Below are positions 12,445 through 20,436 of a stretch of DNA of 64,000 nucleotides, piece by piece (position 1 is the stretch's first letter; every line of letters begins with the position of its first letter). Under the pieces are notes generated by a model. That model saw only the letters and a list, made by a program, of their open reading frames with translations, did no database searches and was not told where the DNA came from. Source of the DNA: Flavobacteriales bacterium (GTDB lineage Bacteria > Bacteroidota > Bacteroidia > Flavobacteriales > UBA7312); NCBI GenBank assembly GCA_965661505.1, contig CBFIDX010000003.1, positions 6,243 through 70,242 on the forward strand, in the 5' to 3' direction. Position numbers and translations under genes: made by a program.

Positions 12445-13398
12445 ATGTCAGAGGTAGAAGCAATAAAAGATTTTCAACAAGCATACAACGATTTTAAGCT
12501 TGAAATTGGAAAAGTAATAGTAGGTCAAGAGGAGGTCGTTAAAAATGTTTTAATAGCTATTTTTAGCGGAGGTCATTGTCTATTAGTTGGTGTGCCAGGA
12601 TTAGCAAAAACACTATTAGTACAAACTATCGCTAGGGCGCTGGGACTTGATTTTAACCGAATTCAGTTTACGCCTGACCTAATGCCCTCAGATATTATTG
12701 GTTCAGAAATTTTAGACGAACAAAGAAAATTTATTTTTAATAAAGGGCCTTTGTTTTCTAATATTATTCTAGCTGACGAAATTAACCGTACACCTCCCAA
12801 AACACAAGCAGCTCTTTTAGAAGCTATGCAAGAACGTTCTGTAACCGCTTCAGGACAACGTTTTGATTTAGCCAAGCCTTTTTTTGTTTTAGCTACACAG
12901 AATCCCATAGAACAAGAAGGAACCTATCCACTTCCAGAAGCTCAGTTAGATCGGTTCATGTTTAATGTTGTATTAGATTACCCTAGTTTGGAAGAGGAAA
13001 TTGAAGTGGTAAAAGCAACAACTACAGAGAAAGAAGTTCAGTTGAAAAAGGTTTTGAATGGAACACAAATTCTAAATTTCCAGCATTTAATTAAGAAAAT
13101 ACCAGTAGCTGATAATGTTACTGAATATGCGGTTAAATTAGTATCTAAAACTCGCCCTAACACCTTGCATGCAGACGAGAAAGTTAATCAGTATATAAGT
13201 TGGGGAGCTGGACCTAGAGCCTCTCAATACCTAGTATTAGCATCAAAATGTCATGCAGCAATAAATGGTAAATTCTCCCCTGATATAGAAGATGTAAAAG
13301 CGGTTGCAGTTCCTATTTTAAGGCATAGAATAGTGAAAAATTACAAAGCAGAAGCAGAAGGTTTTACAGTTGAAAGTATAATTAAAGAATTGTTGTAA
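12445..13398 (+). CDS. MoxR-family AAA+ ATPase
   Basis: Walker A GVPGLAKT, Walker [31 protein letters not shown]. The ATG at 12445 is preferred over the track start at 12433. Confidence 0.92.
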   Translation: MSEVEAIKDFQQAYNDFKLEIGKVIVGQEEVVKNVLIAIFSGGHCLLVGVPGLAKTLLVQTIARALGLDFNRIQFTPDLMPSDIIGSEILDEQRKFIFNKGPLFSNIILADEINRTPPKTQAALLEAMQERSVTASGQRFDLAKPFFVLATQNPIEQEGTYPLPEAQLDRFMFNVVLDYPSLEEEIEVVKATTTEKEVQLKKVLNGTQILNFQHLIKKIPVADNVTEYAVKLVSKTRPNTLHADEKVNQYISWGAGPRASQYLVLASKCHAAINGKFSPDIEDVKAVAVPILRHRIVKNYKAEAEGFTVESIIKELL

Positions 13399-13964
13399 TG
13401 ATATTACCAATTGTTGCATATGGAACAGTTGTTTTAAAACAAAAAGCGAAAGAGATAGCTGAAGATTATGAAGGTCTTCAACAACTCATAGATAATATGT
13501 TTGAAACAATGAATGAAGCCAACGGTGTTGGTTTAGCTGCACCGCAAATTGGTAAAAGCATACGGCTTTTTATTGTTGATGCATCTCCCTTTGAAGAAGA
13601 GGAGCCTGCATTAAAGGATTTTCAACAGGTTTTTATTAATCCAGAAATAATAAGTGAAGAAGGTGAAGAGTGGGATTTTAGTGAAGGCTGTTTGTCAATT
13701 CCTCATATTAGAGAAAATATTAGCAGAAAACCAAAGATTCGCATTCGTTATCAAGATGAGTTTTTTGACACCTATGAGGAAGAATTTGAGGGAATTTCAG
13801 CTCGTATCATACAACACGAATATGATCATATTGAAGGGGTATTGTTTGTAGACTATTTAAGTTCACTAAAAAAAAGAATGCTAAACAGAAAACTTAACGA
13901 TATATCAAAAGGAAATATTCAGGTTGACTATCGAATGAAGTTTCCACAAAAAAAAGGAAGATGA
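13398..13964 (+). CDS. def: peptide deformylase
   Basis: GVGLAAPQIG, EGCLSIP and QHEYDHIEG metal-binding motifs. Confidence 0.95.
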   Translation: MILPIVAYGTVVLKQKAKEIAEDYEGLQQLIDNMFETMNEANGVGLAAPQIGKSIRLFIVDASPFEEEEPALKDFQQVFINPEIISEEGEEWDFSEGCLSIPHIRENISRKPKIRIRYQDEFFDTYEEEFEGISARIIQHEYDHIEGVLFVDYLSSLKKRMLNRKLNDISKGNIQVDYRMKFPQKKGR

Positions 13965-14470
13965 TAAAGAATTTAATAGGATTTTTATTACTCTGCACTT
14001 TATGGGCTTGTCAGTCCAAGCAGTCAGCGCATGTCGAACGCATTAATAAGCTGCAAGAACAGCTTGTAGATGAAACGCTGAAAACAGATATTGAAACAGC
14101 TCAAAATCTTGTGAGTGAATTAGAAGAGTACTTAGTAACATATTCAGATTCAGCAAGTTTTGTCGATTATTACATCCTGTTAGGCGATTTGTATTCCCAA
14201 ACATTGAAGTTGCCTAAAAAAGGGCTTTATTTCTTCCAAAAAGTAACCTCAGATTATCCTAAGCATGAAAAAGCTCCAATCGCTCTTTTTTATCAAGGCT
14301 ATGTTTTAGAGAATTCTCTCAGTAATTACGAACAGGCCAAAATGGCTTATGAACTTTTTTTACTTAATTATCCAGATCATGAACTGAGCGAGACAGTAAA
14401 ATTGTCAATACAACATTTAGGGGTTCCTTTGGATGAGTTAATAAAGCAATTTGAAGAAGTTAGCAATTAG
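13961..14470 (+). CDS. TPR-repeat lipoprotein (YbgF-like)
   Basis: Signal peptide with LWAC lipobox and TPR-like helical repeats (DYPKHEKAPIALFYQGY..., LLNYPDHELS). Confidence 0.6.
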   Translation: MIKNLIGFLLLCTLWACQSKQSAHVERINKLQEQLVDETLKTDIETAQNLVSELEEYLVTYSDSASFVDYYILLGDLYSQTLKLPKKGLYFFQKVTSDYPKHEKAPIALFYQGYVLENSLSNYEQAKMAYELFLLNYPDHELSETVKLSIQHLGVPLDELIKQFEEVSN

Positions 14471-15237
14471 TGTAATTCTGCTTGTAGTTTTTCTTGCAGT
14501 TGCTCTGCATTAAGATCAATTTCTAATTCCCCTTTATTAGCAAAAGAGATTTTACCTCTTTCCTCCGATACTATGATTGCTAAGCAATCCGTGTTTTCAG
14601 TAATTCCTACCGCTGCTCTATGCCTCATACCTAAATGCGATGGAAAAGCTTCATTTTCAGTAATTGGAAGAATGCATTTGGCTGCCATAACAAGGTCTCC
14701 AGTAATGACAACAGCACCATCGTGCATTGGGCTATTCTTGAAAAAGATATTTTGTAAAATGTTTGAAGACGTTTTTGCTTGAATTAGTTCTCCTGTATCA
14801 ATGTAAGAAGGGAGTTCGTTTTCTTTTGTGATGATAATGATAGCACCTGTTTTTGTTATTGCCATTTGCTTACAAGCATCTACAATGGCTTTAATGTTCA
14901 CTTCAACAGTATTTTCTTCACTTATCCATTTAAACTTCATGATGCCTTCCTTAGAGAAGAATTTTGTATTCCCAATCATCAACAGAAATTTTCGTAATTC
15001 TTGTTGAAAAACGATAATGACTGCTAATACACCTACACCAATAAACTGACCTAAAATTTCACTTAAAAGTTCCATCTGAAGAGCTTCCACCAACTTCCAA
15101 AGAAGATAGATGGCTGAAATACCAACAAAAATTTTGATTGCTACGGTACCTTTTACCAGTTTATATAGCTGAAACAACAGGAAGGCAACCAATAAAATAT
15201 CTACTATATCTAAAATGCTAAACTCTAAAAAATTCAT
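14467..15237 (-). CDS. cdaA: diadenylate cyclase (c-di-AMP synthase), membrane-anchored CdaA type
   Basis: Three N-terminal TM helices and a DAC domain with GAIIII, HDGAVVI and RHRAAVGITE..D...IVSEERG. Confidence 0.9.
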   Translation of the reverse strand: MNFLEFSILDIVDILLVAFLLFQLYKLVKGTVAIKIFVGISAIYLLWKLVEALQMELLSEILGQFIGVGVLAVIIVFQQELRKFLLMIGNTKFFSKEGIMKFKWISEENTVEVNIKAIVDACKQMAITKTGAIIIITKENELPSYIDTGELIQAKTSSNILQNIFFKNSPMHDGAVVITGDLVMAAKCILPITENEAFPSHLGMRHRAAVGITENTDCLAIIVSEERGKISFANKGELEIDLNAEQLQEKLQAELH

Positions 15238-16098
15238 TTATGAGTTGTTTTTAGCGAAATTAATGATTTTAACGCATTCTACGGCTTCTTTAACGTCATG
15301 AACACGTAAAAAGGAAACACCCTTTAATAAACAAATTGTATGTAATACAGAAGTTCCATTTAAAGCCTCTTGAGGTTGTGTTTCTAATAATTTATAAATC
15401 ATAGATTTTCTAGAAACACCAGCAAGCAAGGGTCTGCTTAATTCATTTAATTTTTCCATCTTGTTGAGTAAACGATAATTGTGAGCCAACGTTTTACCAA
15501 AGCCAAAACCCGGATCAACGATAATATCTTCAACTCCTTTCTTTTCTAAAATTGATATCTTTTTCTTGAAAAAATCAGCAATTTCATCTTCAATACATTC
15601 GTACTGAGGATTGTTTTGCATGTTTTGTGGTTTACCTTTCATGTGCATTAAAATATATGGAACTTTTAATTCCGAAATTGTATCAAACATTTTTTCATCC
15701 ATTTCTCCAGCAGAAATATCATTAATCATATGCGCTCCACTATCAATTGATTTTCGTGCAATTTCTGATCGAAATGTGTCAACAGACAATACTGTTTCAG
15801 GAAACTCTTTGTTAATAATTGGAATAATAGTTTTTAGTCTGTTCCATTCTTCCGTGGCTGAAATGTGTTTTGCTCCTGGTCTAGATGAATAGGCACCAAT
15901 ATCAATAATTTTTGCTCCTTCCTTGATAAACTGATGTGCTTTTTCGACTGCTTTTGTAAGGGTATTATTCTTGCCGCCATCATAAAATGAATCAAATGTA
16001 ATATTTAATATGCCCATTACTTGAGTTGTTGATAAATCAAGCAATATGCCCTTGGCATTTATCGTATTTGAAGATTGAAATTTTTTATCTTTAGTCAT
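15238..16098 (-). CDS. folP: dihydropteroate synthase
   Basis: MGILNITFDSFYDGG, IIDIGAYSSRPG, MINDISAG, DPGFGFGKT and RVHDV. Confidence 0.95.
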   Translation of the reverse strand: MTKDKKFQSSNTINAKGILLDLSTTQVMGILNITFDSFYDGGKNNTLTKAVEKAHQFIKEGAKIIDIGAYSSRPGAKHISATEEWNRLKTIIPIINKEFPETVLSVDTFRSEIARKSIDSGAHMINDISAGEMDEKMFDTISELKVPYILMHMKGKPQNMQNNPQYECIEDEIADFFKKKISILEKKGVEDIIVDPGFGFGKTLAHNYRLLNKMEKLNELSRPLLAGVSRKSMIYKLLETQPQEALNGTSVLHTICLLKGVSFLRVHDVKEAVECVKIINFAKNNS

Positions 16099-16119
16099 AA
16101 TTTAATGGTGATTTCATAC

Positions 16120-16656
16120 ATGCAAAAAACCGTACAAGAATATGAGATGGCAATGGCCAAAAGTAAGGATATTTTCATCAAAAAAATGAAAGATTATGGT
16201 AGTGCCTGGCGTATTTTAAGATTAAGTTCATTAACTGATCAAATATTTATTAAAGCCCAACGTATTAGAAGCATAGAAATGAATGATGGTCACCAGAAAG
16301 TTGGTGAAGATATAAGAAACGAATTTATAGGAATAGTTAATTATTCCATCATCGCACTCATCCAACTAGAAAAGGGGATAGTGGATCAGCCGGATATGAC
16401 TGTTGACGAAGTGGAGAAGTATTACGACAAATTTGCTCTTGAAGCAAATGAACTAATGCAGTTAAAAAACCACGATTACGGAGAAGCCTGGAGAGAAATG
16501 CGAGTAAGCTCATTAACTGATTTGATTTTACAAAAGTTATTGCGCGTAAAGCAAATAGAGGATAATAAAGGCAAAACCTTAATTTCTGAAGGGATTGACG
16601 CAAATTATTTTGACATGATTAATTACGCAATTTTCGCACTAATAAAACTGAATTGA
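16120..16656 (+). CDS. DUF1599-family protein, two tandem all-alpha repeats
   Basis: Internal duplication: KDYGSAWRILRLSSLTDQIFIKAQRIRSIE..NYSIIALI and HDYGEAWREMRVSSLTDLILQKLLRVKQIE..NYAIFALI. The ATG at 16120 avoids overlap with folP. Confidence 0.7.
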   Translation: MQKTVQEYEMAMAKSKDIFIKKMKDYGSAWRILRLSSLTDQIFIKAQRIRSIEMNDGHQKVGEDIRNEFIGIVNYSIIALIQLEKGIVDQPDMTVDEVEKYYDKFALEANELMQLKNHDYGEAWREMRVSSLTDLILQKLLRVKQIEDNKGKTLISEGIDANYFDMINYAIFALIKLN

Positions 16657-16657
16657 T

Positions 16658-17782
16658 ATGCATTTTTTAACCCTAACTTCAAGATTACTAGTTGGTATTT
16701 TATTTATTATTTCTGGATTAATTAAAGCGAACGACGCTTTGGGTTTTTCGTATAAACTAGAGGAGTATTTCTCTTCAGCTGTGCTTAATATGGAGTTTCT
16801 TATTCCATTTGCTTTTGTAATGGCGGCTGCCATTTGTATTGTAGAGGTTGTGCTAGGAGTAATGGTATTGATAGGAGCGTATCCAAAACTTACTTCTTGG
16901 TCTCTTTTGGGCATGATTTTATTTTTTACCTTTCTTACCTTTTATTCAGCATATTTTAATAAAGTAACCGATTGTGGTTGTTTTGGCGATGCAGTTAAAT
17001 TATCTCCTTGGGAATCATTTGGAAAGGATATCATTCTTTTGGTATTTATTGGTATTATATTCATAAGAAAAAGGCTGATTAAACCCATTTTTTCTCAAAA
17101 AATGGAAAATATGTTCTTAGCCATCGTTACCTTTTTCTCTTTTGCCTTTGTTTATAATACTTACAGCCACCTTCCAGTTAAAGATTTTCGCCCTTATGCT
17201 GTTGGAAAAAATATAACAGAAGGCATGAAGAATTGTGATGAGTTAAACTTGCCATGCCCAGAGAAAATCGATTACTTTCTAGTGAAGAACAAAGAAACTG
17301 GCTTAGAAAAAGAAGTGCTTTCAACTGAATGGAATTGGCAAGAAGATGATTTTGTTGCCAATACTGAAAAATCATTAATCATTGAAGGTTATGAGGCTCC
17401 CATAAAAGATTTTAGTATATCGCTTAATGGAGCAGATTATACAGACTCAATCCTGATGTCAAAAAATACTTTATTAGTTGTTGCTTACAACCTTGAAAAG
17501 ACAGAAGATGAAGCATGGAAACGAATTAAAGAGTTAGCCTTAGCATCAGAATTGGAAGGAATTACTTTTGCTACACTGACAGCATCTACAGATGAAAAAA
17601 TAGCATCATTCAAACAACAGATGCAAATTCCTTTTCCTTTTTACTTTACAGACGAAACAACGCTCAAAACAATTATTCGATCAAACCCTGGTGTTCTATT
17701 GCTTAATGAAGGAACCATTATAGATAAATGGCATTATAACGATTTCCCCAAATTCGAAATCATCAAACAACATTTACAATAA
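16658..17782 (+). CDS. DoxX/MauE-like membrane domain fused to a thioredoxin-fold-like C-terminal domain (BT_3928-like family)
   Basis: Four to five TM helices with a TDCGCFGD motif, followed by about 200 aa of soluble domain. Confidence 0.6.
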   Translation: MHFLTLTSRLLVGILFIISGLIKANDALGFSYKLEEYFSSAVLNMEFLIPFAFVMAAAICIVEVVLGVMVLIGAYPKLTSWSLLGMILFFTFLTFYSAYFNKVTDCGCFGDAVKLSPWESFGKDIILLVFIGIIFIRKRLIKPIFSQKMENMFLAIVTFFSFAFVYNTYSHLPVKDFRPYAVGKNITEGMKNCDELNLPCPEKIDYFLVKNKETGLEKEVLSTEWNWQEDDFVANTEKSLIIEGYEAPIKDFSISLNGADYTDSILMSKNTLLVVAYNLEKTEDEAWKRIKELALASELEGITFATLTASTDEKIASFKQQMQIPFPFYFTDETTLKTIIRSNPGVLLLNEGTIIDKWHYNDFPKFEIIKQHLQ

Positions 17783-17785
17783 GAT

Positions 17786-18856
17786 TTGGCCTTTTTTATC
17801 ACAAAACGACTTTTGTATGGTTTACTAGTGATGTGGGGAGTAGCTACAGTGGTTTTTTTCTTGTTTCAAATATTACCTGCCGATCCGGCACGTATGATGT
17901 TAGATCAGCGTGAGGATGCCGACTTACTTGAAAACATTAGGACTAAATATGGATTTGATAGACCGATAACTGAACAATACTGCTTGTACCTTAACGATCT
18001 TTTACCTTTATCTTTTCATCACCTTCATCTAGATGCTTATACGCACATAAAAAAATACAAAGCAAAAGAGTTGTTTACAATAGGACAATATCAACTTGTT
18101 ATTAAAGCACCCTATTTAAGAACATCTTTTAAAAAGACAGATAAAAAGGTAAGTAGGATCATTATTGATACCTTACCCAACACCATTATTTTAGCTATTA
18201 GTTCCATTTTCATAGCGCTTTTGGTAGGCATTGTTGTGGGGTTGTTAGCGGCTATTTGGAAAAATAGTTGGTTTGATAAGCTAGCTACAATTTTTGGTGT
18301 ATTGGGGATGTCTTTACCTTCCTTTTTTTCGGCCATTCTTTTCGCATGGATTTTTGGTTATCTACTAACAGATTTTACAGGACTTCATATGACTGGTAGT
18401 CTATATTCCGTTGATGATTATGGCAATGGAGAATACCTAAATCTATCAAATCTTATCCTACCAGCAATTACCTTAGGAATTCGTCCCTTAGCAGTAATTA
18501 TACAGCTTAGTCGAAGTTCAGTTCTTGAAACATTAACCCAAGACTACGTTAGAACAGCAACCGCTAAAGGCTTACACTTTACAAAAGTATTGTATAAACA
18601 TGTTTTGCATAATTCACTGAATCCAGTAGTCACAGCTGTTTCAGGTTGGTTTGCTAGTTTATTAGCAGGAGCAGTTTTTGTAGAGTATATTTTTGCATGG
18701 GATGGTATTGGAAAAGAGATTGTAGAAGCATTAAATACTTTGGATCTCCCTTTAGTGATGGGAAGCGTGCTTACAATAGCAACACTATTTGTTGTAATAA
18801 ATATTTTAGTTGATTTAACCTATGGGTGGCTTGACCCCCGAATAAGATTATCGTAA
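17786..18856 (+). CDS. ABC transporter permease, peptide/nickel (DppB/OppB) type
   Basis: KRLLYGLLVMWGV N-terminus, the EAA-like loop TLTQDYVRTATAKGL and a C-terminal DLTYGWLDPRIR. TTG start. Confidence 0.85.
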   Translation: MAFFITKRLLYGLLVMWGVATVVFFLFQILPADPARMMLDQREDADLLENIRTKYGFDRPITEQYCLYLNDLLPLSFHHLHLDAYTHIKKYKAKELFTIGQYQLVIKAPYLRTSFKKTDKKVSRIIIDTLPNTIILAISSIFIALLVGIVVGLLAAIWKNSWFDKLATIFGVLGMSLPSFFSAILFAWIFGYLLTDFTGLHMTGSLYSVDDYGNGEYLNLSNLILPAITLGIRPLAVIIQLSRSSVLETLTQDYVRTATAKGLHFTKVLYKHVLHNSLNPVVTAVSGWFASLLAGAVFVEYIFAWDGIGKEIVEALNTLDLPLVMGSVLTIATLFVVINILVDLTYGWLDPRIRLS

Positions 18857-19611
18857 TGCCAAAAAAAATAGTTGCAGGAAATTGGAAAATGAACCTCAGT
18901 GTTGAAGAGGGTGTCAATTTAACAAAAGAGATAAGTGAAAATTTAAACACCACTGCTGAAACAGATGTGCAAGTAATTTTAGGTGCTCCATTTACCCATT
19001 TGGCTCCAGTAGCTCAGGTTTTAGGGGGTAAGATAGCGCTAAGCTCACAAGATTGTAGTGTAAATAGTAACGGAGCTTTTACAGGTGAAGTTTCTGCTGA
19101 GATGATTGCCTCAACAGGTGCTTCATATGTGATTTTAGGTCACTCCGAAAGAAGGGAATACCATGCTGAAAAAACTGCTTTAATTGCTCAAAAAATAAAT
19201 AAGGCACTAGAACAAAATTTAAAAGTAATTTATTGTTGTGGCGAGGTTCTTATTGAAAGAGAAAAGAATGAACAATTTACTGTCGTTGAGAATCAAATTT
19301 CAGAAGGACTCTTTCATCTTGATCAAGACCAGATGAAAAATATAGTCATCGCCTATGAGCCTGTCTGGGCTATAGGCACTGGTAAAACAGCTACATCCAA
19401 CCAAGCTCAAGAGATTCATGCCTTCATTAGAAAAGTTTTAGAAAAGAAGTTTGGAAAACGAAGTGCGGATAACACCTCTATTCTTTACGGTGGGAGTTGT
19501 AAGCCAAGCAACGCAAAGGACTTATTCGCACAAGATGATGTTGATGGAGGATTGATTGGAGGGGCGTCTCTAAAATCGGACGATTTCATAGCAATAATTA
19601 ATTCATTTTAA
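18856..19611 (+). CDS. tpiA: triose-phosphate isomerase
   Basis: AGNWKMN, ILGHSERR, AYEPVWAIGTG and YGGS motifs. Confidence 0.97.
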   Translation: MPKKIVAGNWKMNLSVEEGVNLTKEISENLNTTAETDVQVILGAPFTHLAPVAQVLGGKIALSSQDCSVNSNGAFTGEVSAEMIASTGASYVILGHSERREYHAEKTALIAQKINKALEQNLKVIYCCGEVLIEREKNEQFTVVENQISEGLFHLDQDQMKNIVIAYEPVWAIGTGKTATSNQAQEIHAFIRKVLEKKFGKRSADNTSILYGGSCKPSNAKDLFAQDDVDGGLIGGASLKSDDFIAIINSF

Positions 19612-20432
19612 TGGTTTACGAAGAGGTCATATTCGAAATTAGCCCTTTACAACCTTGGCGGGATGTTTTAATTGCGTATTTGAGTGAATTACCCTACGAG
19701 AGTTTTTTGGAAACAAAAAATGGTTTAAAAGCCTACATACTTAACAAAAGCTTTGATAAAGCAGCTTTGCAGGAAGTACTTAAAGACCTTAATACACAAG
19801 TCAACTTCCATCATAAAACATTGCAGCAAAAAAATTGGAATGCTTCTTGGGAGTCTGATTTTAAGCCTATTAGAGTTGGTGATCGTTGTGGAGTAAGAGC
19901 TGATTTTCATCAGCCGATCGAGGTAGAATATGAAGTTATTATTACTCCAAAAATGTCGTTTGGAACGGGTCATCATGCTACTACTTTTGGAATGATGGAA
20001 CAGATGTTACAACTTGATTTTCAAGGAAAACGTGTTTTGGATATGGGTTGTGGAACAGCTGTTTTAGCTATCCTAGCAGAAAAACTTGGATCAACACACA
20101 TTCAAGCGATAGATATTGACGAATGGGCCTATAAAAATGCACTTGAAAATATTCAAATGAATAATTGTAAAAACATTCAAATTAATATTGGTGGAGCTGA
20201 AAAAATACAAACTAAGTTCGACATTATATTAGCAAATATAAATCGTAATATATTGCTAAAGGATATGCCTAATTATGTAAGCGCACTAAAACCAAATGGC
20301 TCTCTTTTTCTTAGCGGTTTTTTTCTTGAAGATTTTGAAATCATTAAGCAGAGCGCCTCTAGTTTTGGAATAATAAACATTCAACATCATACGCATGATA
20401 ATTGGGTGACTGCTCAATTTTTAAAACAATAA
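19611..20432 (+). CDS. prmA: ribosomal protein L11 methyltransferase
   Basis: FGTGHHATT and the SAM-binding VLDMGCGTAVLAI motif, with PrmA length and layout. Confidence 0.9.
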   Translation: MVYEEVIFEISPLQPWRDVLIAYLSELPYESFLETKNGLKAYILNKSFDKAALQEVLKDLNTQVNFHHKTLQQKNWNASWESDFKPIRVGDRCGVRADFHQPIEVEYEVIITPKMSFGTGHHATTFGMMEQMLQLDFQGKRVLDMGCGTAVLAILAEKLGSTHIQAIDIDEWAYKNALENIQMNNCKNIQINIGGAEKIQTKFDIILANINRNILLKDMPNYVSALKPNGSLFLSGFFLEDFEIIKQSASSFGIINIQHHTHDNWVTAQFLKQ

Positions 20433-20436
20433 CGAG

